A stretch of 64,000 nt of DNA from Macrostomum lignano (lineage: Eukaryota), in NCBI GenBank assembly GCA_002269645.1, contig NIVC01002020.1:124001-188000 (forward strand). Reading direction: 5' to 3'. Of the stretch, positions 46,986-60,802 are shown piece after piece; within the stretch, counting starts at the first letter, position 1; each line of letters begins with the position of its first letter. Position numbers and translations under genes: made by a program. The notes below the pieces were generated by a model, which saw nothing but the letters and a program-made list of their open reading frames with translations, was not told the DNA's origin and searched no databases.

Positions 46986-47654
46986 GCGATTCACAGACGT
47001 GAGGGCCAACCCCAAGGCGGCACAGAGAATGTACGTGCCTGACGACAAGAAAGTCAGGGCCGCTGGTCAACGGAATGAGCAGAACTGCAGTGAGGTGGCC
47101 ACCAATAAATTCCTTTTGCCATTAGAACTGCCCTCGAGACTGTAACAATCTTATTGGTGACCTGACCCCACTCCATGCATGTGACAGGCGGTTGACTCAG
47201 CCGGTTAATACTGAAATTTATTGCATCCATTTTACCAGCGAGCTAAACCTTCAGGTTTAAATCTGCTTACAGGCTGCTTATCTACTAGCATTCACTCCGG
47301 CCCAGCGTCATCTTTAATCCCAGCTAGACAGCTTCCTTAGGCAAAGCAGATAAGAGTTTTAAGCTCCTTGCTTCACATTCACGCAGGCCTCAGCCAGCCC
47401 AAATTCTTAACAGGCACTCGAAACTCGAACTGCTGGAGGGATCAAACTAATTAATCAGTCAGTTAACGTTCTCCTCTGACACCTGGCGAGTGTCTTCACA
47501 GATGGAAAATCTTATTAACTTCAAGTATTATTCAAGGTCTGATTAAACTTTAAGGACATTTGGCAATGCTTTTGTATAAACCAATTGGTTCACCTCACTC
47601 GTTTAATTCACTGACATTGGGGTAATCCTTGCCTCTGGGAGAGAGACACAGGGA

Positions 47655-48205
47655 ATCTTATAGAGTTACGGGGAATCTTCTAGAGTTACGGGGAATCTTT
47701 TAGAGTTACGGGGAATCTTCTAGAGTTACGGGGAATCTTCTAGAGACACGGGGAATCTTCTAGAGATATGGGGAATCTTCTAGAGTTACGGGGAATCTTC
47801 TAGAGACCCGGGGAATCTTCTAGAAGTATGGGGAATCTTCTAGAGATATGGGAATCTTTTAGAGGTATGGGGAATCTTCTAGAGATACGGGGAATCTTCT
47901 AGAGACACGGGGAATCTTCTAGAGACACGGGAATCTTCTAGAGTTATGGGGAATCTTCTAGAAATACAGGGAATATTTTAGACAAACGGGGAATCTTTTA
48001 GACAAACGGGGAATCTTTTAGACAAACGGGGAATCTTTTAGACATACGAGGGATCTTTTAGACATACGAGGAATCTTCTAGAAATACAGGGAATCTTCTA
48101 GAAATACAGGGAATCTTCTAGAGACACGGGGAGTGTTTTGGAGATATGGAGAACCTTCTAGAGTTACGGGGAATCTTATAGAGTTACGGGGAATCTTCTA
48201 GAGGC
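47655..48205. repeat. 20-bp minisatellite (GGGGAATCTTCTAGAGTTAC)n
   Basis: About 27 copies. Confidence 0.95.
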
Positions 48206-48624
48206 GCTGTAAATCTGTAATACTGAATTTAGTCGGCCTACTCATTTAAAAAATAACGCCTACTCAAAGTCCTGAAGGCGGCTGCACTTCACCTCCGGAC
48301 AGACTGATGTGAGGACTGAGTATTGAAACTGCTGGGCTGCACTGTTTGCCACTTAATAAATAATACAGACTCAAAAATATCCCAGGAAAAAACATCTTCG
48401 CCCGTCCAGGGCACGTTGAGTGCACGGCAACCCGGAAACTGGCTTGTGTGTCGCTCCGATCTCCACTCTCTAATGGCTGCTCGCTTCCGCTGTTCTGCAT
48501 CAGGCGGGCACTCGAAGTTAAACGCACTTCAGCCAGCTGCTCTTCATGCTGGCACGCCTTCTGCTCCTGCCTCTTGCTTTCCACCTCCTCTGCTGGCACC
48601 CCCTCTGTTTATTTATACTTACAG

Positions 48625-50620
<1,996 letters not shown>

Positions 50621-51069
50621 CTGTTTACCTTCTTGCTGTTTACAAAGCGGGCTCCCGCTTGCACTTCTATTTAAATCGTTTTATCCTCACTGCTGTGTCT
50701 GAGACGAGCTCAGCAGACCTTTGAGTAAATAAACAATTAAATCAAAAGGAGCCCAGCTTTCCCCTCGATGAGAAGAAATATCCCATATCCGCTGGGAATA
50801 CTAGCTTGGAAATTGATTGAAAGCAACAAAAGGAAATGAAAATCTTAATGTTTTTTCACCGATTTTTGCTATGCAAAAAAGGAAATTAATTTTATCACCT
50901 GCTGCCCCGGGTATTCGAAATCAACAAACGTGACACGTTCTCTTCTTGAAGCGATTTCTTCGAGCATTCTTTTGTGCTCGAATAATCGAATGATATCCTT
51001 CTTTAGTTCAATGAAGACAGATTTAAAATAGCCATCATTACGCCAAAACTATATGAAAACTGTGTACGA

Positions 51070-53145
51070 GCTAGATTAGCAATCCATTCTATTCCTTCAT
51101 TGATGTAGGCTAGATTAGCAATCCATTCTATTCCTTCATTGATTTAGGCTAGATCAGCAATCCATTCTATTCCTTCATTGATGTAGGCTAGATCAGCAAT
51201 CCATTCTATTCCTTCATTGATGTAGGCTAGATCAGCAATCCATTCTATTCCTTCATTGATGTAGGCTAGATTAGCAATCCATTCTATTCCTTCATTGATG
51301 TAGGCTAGATCAGCAATCCATTCTATTCCTTCATTGATGTAGGCTAGATTAGCAATCCATTCTATTCCTTTATTGATGTAGGCTAGATCAGCAATCCATT
51401 CTATTCCTTCATTGATGTAGGCTAGATCAGCAATCCATTCTATTCCTTCATTGATGTAGGCTAGATTAGCAATCCATTCTATTCCTTCATTGATTTAGGC
51501 TAGATCAGCAATCCATTCTATTCCTTCATTGATATAGGCTATATTAGCAATCCATTCTATTCCTTCATTGATTTAGGCTAGATCAGCAATCCATTCTATT
51601 CCTTCATTGATGTAGGCTAGATCAGCAATCCATTCTATTCCTTCATTGATGTAGGCTAGATCAGCAATCCATTCTATTCCTTCATTGATGTAGGCTAGAT
51701 TAGCAATCCATTCTATTCCTTCATTGATGTAGGCTAGATTAGCAATCCATTCTATTCCTTCATTGATGTAGGCTAGATCAGCAATCCATTCTATTCCTTC
51801 ATTGATGTAGGCTAGATTAGCAATGCATTCTATCCCTTTATTGATGTAGGCTAGATTAGCAATGCATTCTATCCCTTTATTGATGTAGGCTAGATTAGCA
51901 ATCCATTCTATTCCTTCATTGATGTAGGCTAGATCAGCAATCCATTCTATTCCTTCATTGGTGTAGGCTAGATCAGCAATCCATTCTATTCCTTCATTGA
52001 TGTAGGCTAGATCAGCAATCCATTCTATTCCTTCATTGATGTAGGCTAGATCAGCAATCCATTCTATTCCTTCATTGATGTAGGCTAGATCAGCAATCCA
52101 TTCTATTCCTTCATTGGTGTAGGCTAGATCAGCAATCCATTCTATTCCTTCATTGATGTAGGCTAGATCAGCAATCCATTCTATTCCTTCATTGATGTAG
52201 GCTAGATTAGCAATCCATTCTATTCCTTCATTGATGTAGGCTAGATTAGCAATCCATTCTACTCCTTTATTGATGTAGGCTAGATCAGCAATCCATTCTA
52301 TTCCTTTATTGATGTAGGCTAGATCAGCAATCCATTCTATTCCTTCATTGATGTAGGCTATATTAGCAATCCATTCTATTCCTTCATTGGTGTAGGCTAG
52401 ATCAGCAATCCATTCTATTCCTTCATTGATGTAGGCTAGATCAGCAATCCATTCTATTCCTTCATTGATGTAGGCTAGATTAGCAATCCATTCTATTCCT
52501 TCATTGATGTAGGCTAGATTAGCAATCCATTCTATTCCTTCATTGATGTAGGCTAGATTAGCAATCCATTCTATTCACTCATTAATGGTATAGTCTAGAT
52601 TAGCAATCCATTATATTCACTCATTAATGGTATAGTCTAGATTAGCAATCCATTCTATTCACTCATTAATGATGTAGGCTAGATTAGCAATCCATTCTAT
52701 TCCTTCATTGATGTAGGCTAGATCAGCAATCCATTATATTCCCTCATTAACGGTATAGTCTAGATTAGCAATTCATTATATTCCCTCAATAACGGTATAG
52801 TCTGGATTAGCAATCCATTATATTCCCTCAATAACGGTATAGTCTAGATTAGCAATCCATTATATTCACTCATTAATGGTATAGTCTGGATTAGCAATTC
52901 ATTATATTCCCTCATTAATGGTATAGTCTAGATTAGCAATTCATTATATTCCCTCATTAACGGTATAGTCTGGATTAGCAATCCATTATATTCCCTCAAT
53001 AACGGTATAGTCTAGATTAGCAATCCATTCTATTCCCTCATTGATGTAGGCTAGATTAGCAATCCATCCTATTCCCTCATTGAGGTAGGCTAGATTAGCA
53101 ATCCATCCTATTCCCTCATTGATGCAGGCTAGATTAGCAATCCAT
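51070..53145. repeat. 39-bp satellite, array 2 (same family as 42553-43540)
   Basis: About 53 copies, more homogeneous. Confidence 0.97.
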
Positions 53146-54148
53146 AGCAATATCTAACCTACGCTATTTACAGTTTCACCCCTGCTGGCCTTGATATCCA
53201 GCTCAGCTTGACAGGAGTAATAGCGACTTCAGAAGGCAGTGCATCGAGCAAGCACCCCCACCGCCCCAGCAGCTGAGGTTGTTGAGTTCCAGATTTCCGA
53301 CACCCGGTCGGCTTCGTGCCTGCGCTGTGATCTGTCCAACTTTTTTGGCCAACTCATCCGCTCTCGCTTTCTTCTTCCCCCTGCCCCCTCTCTCTGTCTG
53401 TCTCCTATTTTTCCGCCGAAGATGAAGCCGTCCGCCGCTGCTGGGGCCGCGGGGAAAAATTTGAAAATGTCACGTGAGCCGCGGGAGCAAGGATAGATGG
53501 AGAGATAGAATCCCACCCCGCTGAAGCGGCTGGGGACGGCGCAGCCACAGGAAATATGAGCGTTGCAGAGCTCAGCTCTGCTTGGGATGGGGAGATGCTA
53601 ATACCTGTGCCGCGGCGAGGGGTTAGCGGGCGAAGGACGGCTGCTCAGGTTCGTGACCCGGCGGATCACTGCCCCCCTGCACCTGCTTCCCGGAGCATTC
53701 CGGCACAGAGTGAACTCGAATTTTCAGAAAACGTATTTTCCTAAAGTAAAGCCTCTTTTTCATTCAAGTCTATGAGGCTATGAGGAACAGTGGCTAAAGA
53801 TTTATGAGTCAATATTTGAAAGAAACATGCAGACGGTATCAGCCCGGCCTGGCCTGTGATGTCGCTCTTTGTCTGATGATCTCTGATGTCAGAGCAGTCT
53901 CAAATCTGCATCCAGGGGTCCCTACTCAGACCCTATGCTCAGTCTCGCAGCCTCCGTTTCTTATTGGCTGGCCCCACAAAATTCTCCCGCAGGCTGTCAG
54001 ATTGTGTCTCCATCGCTGACTCGACAACGGAGGCTGGAGAGTGCGAGAGGGAAAAGAGAGAACGAGAGGAAGCACAGAGGATACACAGACGGATTAGCAG
54101 GAGCTCAAGGGGGATAAAAATCCCAGGATCAAGGCGGGGCAGCCGGCA

Positions 54149-57100
54149 ATGCTGGGCAGCAAACTGTTGGACATTGTGTCTCCCTCCGGCTCAGCTGGGG
54201 ACCTGAGTCTGCGCGGCCTGAAGGACGCTCTACTGGCTTCTGACAGCGGCGGCGCCACAGAGCAGCAGCCGAGGCAGCAGCCGCTCCGTTATACAATGTC
54301 GTTCCGAGGCAGAACCGGCGCCGGCAGGGACGAGGGCTGGCAGCGGCTGAGTGTCAAGACCGCCGTCACCGAGCTCAGCGGCGGCGGCGGCGGCTCGCCG
54401 CAGCTCCTGCAGCGGGCCAGCAGCATGCGGGAGGGCATCGGCCGGCGTCCCGCGGCGGCGGCAGCTGCGGCAGCGGCTGCGGCAGCGACTGCGGCATCCG
54501 CAACGCCGCAGACTTCGACGCCGCTGCGAACCATTGGCCGATCTAGCGTACGTGAAGGTCGCAGCAGTCACCACAACTCGAAGGACTCCGTGTTCGCCGA
54601 GCAGCAGCAGCAGCAGCAACCGCAGGCGCCGAATTTGCAGCAACTTCAGAAGCGACAGCCGCAGGTCCCGCCGCCATTGATGGAGACAAAGTCGGCTGTG
54701 CAGTTCTGGCGCTCGTCCGGGCGCGAACCGGGAAGCGCCGGAGGCAGCAGCGGCGGGGGCTGCCGCAGCCCGCGCAGCTCGGAGGCGGAGGTGTCAGTGG
54801 AACATTTCAAGTTCGACCTGTACCAAGGGGCAGAAGCCGAGGTGGCTGGCGCTGACGGCGGCTCCATCGGCGAGGCAGGCACCGCAGCCACGGCGGAGAA
54901 GGCGTGCGGCCTGGTGAACATCCGCATCGGCTACAATTTCGACCGTGGCTGCCTCCTGGTCGACCTGCGGCATGCCAAGGACCTCTGCCTGCCGTCGCCG
55001 GCCTCAACGCCGGACTCTCCAGCCGCGGCGGCGACTTCAGGCGACCAGGGCGCGCGGGTGCCGAGCCCGTTTGCCAGACTGCAGCTGCTGCCGCAGAAGG
55101 AACAGCAGCAGGTCAGCGGCTAAAAGGGGGGATCGGCGGGGAACAAATGATTGAGAGCGAGCGCATTTCTAGGAAAATCTGACCCCGGGAGACAGGAAGC
55201 GAGACTATTTCGGTAATTAATGGTTGTACATTATTTATAAGCGAGCCGGACGAGCCGGAGAAAAGAGGGCTGATATTAGATGACTCGCCATCATTATGAA
55301 AGGGTTGCGACCTGTGTCAGCAACGAACAGTGCCCTTCATATATACCCTTATAATATGAGTTGCTTATATCGTTGGTTCGCCCCACTTGCAGGTGAGCCG
55401 AGTGCAGAAGCTGACCAACTGTCCGATTTGGAACGAGAAGTTCACCTTCAGTTTGGAGTTCCGCCAGTGCCAGGCCGTCACCCTGGAGGTTGAAGTGCGA
55501 AGCCACAGCAAGCGAGGCGCCAGTCGGCTCATTGGCAAGGCCAGAATCCCGCTGAACTCCATCAATGTCCAGGGCGGTGAGACCATCAACAAGCCGGTTT
55601 ATCCGTGTAGCCAGGTGAGCAGGGAGAGCTGGGATCTAGAATAGAATAGAATAGAATAGAATAGAATAGAATAGAATAGAATAGAATAGAATAGAATAGA
55701 ATAGAATAGAATAGAATAGAATAGAATAGAATAGAATAGAATAGAATAGAATAGAATAGAATAGAATAGAATAGAATAGAATAGAATAGAATAGAATAGA
55801 ATAGAATAGAATAGAATAGAATAGAATAGAATAGAATAGAATAGAATAGAATAGAATAGAATAGAATAGAATAGAATAGAATAGAATAGAATAGAATAGA
55901 ATAGAATAGAATAGAATAGAATAGAATAGAATAGAATAGAATAGAATAGAATAGAATAGAATAGAATAGAATAGAATAGAATAGAATAGAATAGAATAGA
56001 ATAGAATAGAATAGAATAGAATAGAATAGAATAGAATAGAATAGAATAGAATAGAATAGAATAGAATAGAATAGAATAGAATAGAATAGAATAGAATAGA
56101 ATAGAATAGAATAGAATAGAATAGAATAGAATAGAATAGAATAGAATAGAATAGAATAGAATAGAATAGAATAGAATAGAATAGAATAGAATAGAATAGA
56201 ATAGAATAGAATAGAATAGAATAGAATAGAATAGAATAGAATAGAATAGAATAGAATAGAATAGAATAGAATAGAATAGAATAGAATAGAATAGAATAGA
56301 ATAGAATAGAATAGAATAGAATAGAATAGAATAGAATAGAATAGAATAGAATAGAATAGAATAGAATAGAATAGAATAGAATAGAATAGAATAGAATAGA
56401 ATAGAATAGAATAGAATAGAATAGAATAGAATAGAATAGAATAGAATAGAATAGAATAGAATAGAATAGAATAGAATAGAATAGAATAGAATAGAATAGA
56501 ATAGAATAGAATAGAATAGAATAGAATAGAATAGAATAGAATAGAATAGAATAGAATAGAATAGAATAGAATAGAATAGAATAGAATAGAATAGAATAGA
56601 ATAGAATAGAATAGAATAGAATAGAATAGAATAGAATAGAATAGAATAGAATAGAATAGAATAGCCCCCACCTTGTCAACCCGCGCAGGAAAGAGACGAG
56701 ATCGGTGACATCCTGATGTCTCTGCACTACCTGCCCAACGCCAAGCGGCTCAATATGGACGTGCTGAAGGTGCGCAACCTGCTTCACGAAGACATGACGA
56801 AACGGCTGGGTAAGAAATCAAAGTTACTGGCTCAGCGTTCTGTTGCTGTAATAATTAAGATTACGTTAGATTATTGAGTTCAGAAGTCTAGTAAACAATA
56901 GTCAAGTTGTACTTTAATTTTTTGAAGGCATCAGCGAGTGCGTTTTGTACTTTTTACTGCATCCGACTCAGAAGCGGCCGTTTCGGTTTCAACTGGCTTT
57001 ATAAAGAATTCTGGTTGACTTTTTATCAAGTTTCCGGTTGCGGCTTGCACCGATCAGGCTCATGGAATGCTAGACATAGCATCTGGAGAGGAAAGCGCTC

Positions 57101-59282
57101 TCCGCGATTCTAATTACATTTTTGGTTGCTCGAAGCACAGTCGAGGAAATTCGAGAAATATCTGAGGACACAGATTCAGTGGATTCTGAGATTTTTATTC
57201 CATTCTAAAATTTTATTCTGCGAAGAATTTCATTATCATTGATCAGTTTATTTCTCATAGCATATCTACCTTAAACTCCGGCCCTGCTGCGCCACCCAGC
57301 CGTAACATAGCCTTGACTGACAGAGATACGAGCTATCTAGATTTCTACGGGTGTAATTAGGGTTAGGATCTCTAGCCTTTAACTTGAGGATTTTTTATTA
57401 GAGTCAAGGGGCTGTGTGCACCCTGGCGCACTGCAAGCGCCATTGTCACACAACCGGCGAGAGGCATTGCTGCCCATTCCGCCGACTCCCCTGAGCAGGC
57501 ACACAAGCGCGCGGATACGTACGCAGTCATACGCACAGGCACACACTCACACAGGAGTGTACAGCGGCCCTAACTTGATTTATTGTTAGGCATGTACACT
57601 TCACTGTGCCTTGGGGGTTGGCCCTCAATGGCGTTAATTGCACGAGCAGAGCCAAGCCGAGATTCCAGTTTAGCCCCAAATTAATGTGACTGCACTAGGA
57701 ATCGAGCCTGGGCCGCTGGCACACCAGAGCCTGCGCTAGACCGCTGGGTTACGGCTCCCCTTAGTGTTAGGGCGAGATGTTTAGATCAAGGCCCACTAGA
57801 AGCTAATGTTGTTTTGTATGTATGTACATTGTATACCAACAATAACTTCTAGTGGTCCTTAGTTCAGATTTTAGTACACAGTTGCCCATGAATTTGGGTA
57901 TTGCGAGCTAATGCTTTTCCATTTTCCCTTTTCATGAAAAGGCACGCGGCCAGACGCGCTCTGCTCATCAAGCACTCTCTCCCCAGTCATTGTTCCCACT
58001 TTTTCCACTTCCATCAATTTTTTGCATTAAAATCAGAATCTGCTCCATCTGCACTCTGTCTCCGTCGTTTATTTTTTTGTTGCTGTTTCCCCTTCTATCC
58101 AGTTGCTCCCGCCTGGAGCACTGCTGGCGGGCGGGCGGTCTCTGCCGAGTTGCAGAAGCTGCTGCTCACCTGGGGACTCCTGCGACAGACGGCCGGGCAG
58201 AAAGAGATGAGCTGGGGCGCGATGGGCGGAGGCGGAGACTGAAATGAAAAATATCCCTCTGCCCCCCCCCCAGCCAGCATCAGCAGCAGAGCTGGTCCCA
58301 GCGCACGCACCCCCAGTCAATGAGAAGTGCACTTAACCCTCGGCCGGCGGCAGCCCCCCCCCCCCTATAACGTGCTCACTTCGACTTTATGGAGAATGGC
58401 GTGTGGGCCATTAGTCCGGTAACTACAGCTGCAATGGAAGAGATTGAGCACGGATGATAATATTCAATAAAACAGTGCCTCGATACACGTAGGCGATGGC
58501 CTCGATTAATAGGGCATCAATATGCAATATCAGATGCACAACAAGTGATTTCCTAGCAGCCGAGTGTCTAGATGACAATTTATGCTACTCATAGTAGTTT
58601 CGAGTCCCTCTACAAGTATTAAAATTGTAATTTAGGGTATAATAGTGGCTGCACATCTTGCTAACTTGTTGGACCTTTTTATGTGCAAGAATACCTGAAT
58701 ACTAAATAATAAAAGTACACCCTGTATCACCCGATTCGTACTTTCTAGTCTGTCTCCAACTCCGATTGTTAGGGCCATTTTCACAACGCTCTACTTCTAG
58801 TAGCTGTTCATTGCCTGAGGTCACACCAGTATTTAACAAGGAAGAAAATGTAATTTAATTTACCAAAACCGGCAGCATTTGAAATGGCGCATTGCCTGCA
58901 CCGACTCGTCCATTTTGCAGAGCCCCTCATCAAGGTGACCTTCCACGACGGCAAAAAGGTGGTGAAGACCAAGAAGACGGGCAAGAGGAACTCCCTCACG
59001 GGCGAATTTCGCGATACATTCCGGCTTGACATCGGGGAGAGCGAGCTCGAGCAGCTGACCATCAGCGTCGGCGTGTTCAGCCAGCCGCGCTTCAAGGAGT
59101 CCTTGATCGGCCAGGTGTCTCTCGGCCGGCTCTGCAGCGGCTCAGAGGAGAGCGCGCTCTGGCGGCGCCTGATGCTGAGCGCCAGGCAGGGCGGCGCCGG
59201 CGCCTCAGAGTCTGTTGGCGCCTGGCTGCCGCTGAAGCCGAAGCACCACCGGCACAGCAGCAGCTCGCAGTCGTCTCAGTGA
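54149..59282 (+). CDS. Synaptotagmin-like tandem C2 protein, exons 54149-55111, 55393-55614, 56689-56809, 58921-59282 (5' end uncertain)
   Basis: C2A GLVNIRIGYNFDRGCLLVDLRHAKDL...PIWNEKFTF...LIGKARIPL; C2B EIGDILMSLHYLPNAKRLNMDVLKVRNL...EPLIKVTFHDGKKVVKTKKT...LIGQVSLG...W; splice phases consistent. Confidence 0.85.
55637..56664. repeat. Perfect (AATAG)n microsatellite filling synaptotagmin-like intron 2
   Basis: Direct observation; about 22-24 bp from each splice site. Confidence 0.98.
57390..57760 (-). mobile_element. tRNA-derived SINE family B (synaptotagmin-like intron 3)
   Basis: Minus strand head GGGGAGCCGTAACCCAGCGGTCTAGCG...GGCTCGATTCC (A/B-box-like); a central segment recurs at about 47000-47070. 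Confidence 0.55.
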
Positions 59283-59857
59283 TTCGAAGGAGCAGCCCTC
59301 CAAATAGATGCACTGACCTCAAATTCCTCAAAAATTTGCATGTAATTGTGTAAGATGTTGTAATTGCTTCTTGATTTTGTATTTTAGTTATCAAAATTTG
59401 GGTTTCCCAGTTATGCAAAGCTTAAGGCAACGTTGTTGGCAAAGCGTATTTCAAACACATTTCCGTATTACTCCCGTCAATCGTGATCGATTTATATAGG
59501 GATTGCTTCATTACAATTCTATGTACTTTTGTATCTTGTCGAACTATTATATAACTGTTTTTGTCACTGCGTGTACGAGCTGCCGTGGCTACCTGTAACC
59601 GCTTCTTAATATTCCCTTTGAACCTGCCGCATTCCGCCGTTGCACTTGAGCACCACGCCTCCCCCCCCCATTTTTCAAGCTTTTGCACTCGACAAAAGTG
59701 CACAAAAAGCTTGTACCGTCACCGATTATCAGTGACATAAAATATGTATTAAATTGTGCGCTTCAGCTTAAAAATTCATTATAAAGTTCATTCTGTCTGT
59801 CTGTTAGCTGAAGAGATTGTTATACACTGCAATATTTTAGAGACAATAATAATTTAA

Positions 59858-60170
59858 TATTAATAATAATAATGATCAATTACAACTGCCCCGATTGGGC
59901 CAGATGTGCAACCGACAGCTCAGCCGCAGCTATTGCGCGGCGCATCTGAAGGCTGCGTACGGCTGTTCAGTCCAAGGACTGGGGGTCGCCACACACAGCC
60001 TCAATTACCCCAGCTAATGCTGGCACCCATTTTACAGCTGGGTGAACTGAAGCAGTGCAGAGTCAAGTGTCTTGCTCAAGGACACAAATTGTTCCGAGTG
60101 GGATCGGGAATCGAACCCCCGACCTTCAAGTCGTGAGTCCGACGCTCCAACCACTAGGCTACAACACTCC
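59858..60170 (-). mobile_element. tRNA-derived SINE family A, copy 3 (apparently full length)
   Basis: Head GGAGTGTTGTAGCCTAGTGGTTGGAGCGTCGGACTCACGACTTGAAGGTCGGGGGTTCGATTCCC, central domain, (ATT)n tail. Confidence 0.88.
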
Positions 60171-60802
60171 GTTGCTACGCTAGAATCTCGGTTTAGAAAC
60201 AAAAAGCTTTGAATTAATAGCTGTCACAGCTAAAACATCTCATACGACTCCCTGGGCGCATTGGATATCAAGCTAGCGCACTGTAATAAACAAGCATCTA
60301 GCTATCACAATGCGGCGAGCTACTGTATATTAGACAGCTCGCATCCTGTTTACTATACTAAGCTCCTGGATACTAAAGCCGCTAACATCAGCTTGCTTGA
60401 GTATATTTTAGGGTTAGAAAGACACCCAAAATAGAGAGAGACACGCGTGGACAAGCAGCCTCGAGTGGACTAACTTATTTTACTTTGGTTTGCGATTACT
60501 ATTCATAGCCCTGAGTCAGTCCTCTTTAATGCGAAGTTTGCAAAAAAATATTTTCCTGCGCCTACCGCCATTGTGAACAGGGGGCAGAAAGTGCGGCATT
60601 GAGGCAGATAGGGGAGGGGCAAGAAGAGAAAGGAAGGAGCAGATTCGCTCAGCCAGGGGTATTTTATAACTCAACAGCTCGGAAAAGGAAAGGCAGAAAG
60701 AGAAGCTCAAATATTAGAAACAAACTTCTGCCGAGGTAAAAAAACGGTACTAACGAGGCACCAACCCGTTGGCACTATTCGGAATCGGAATAAGCAGCTA
60801 CA

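Noticed and set aside
60095-60170. Possible tRNA gene
   Set aside because: tRNA-like head continues into a repeated SINE body found three times; no proper acceptor stem pairing seen.
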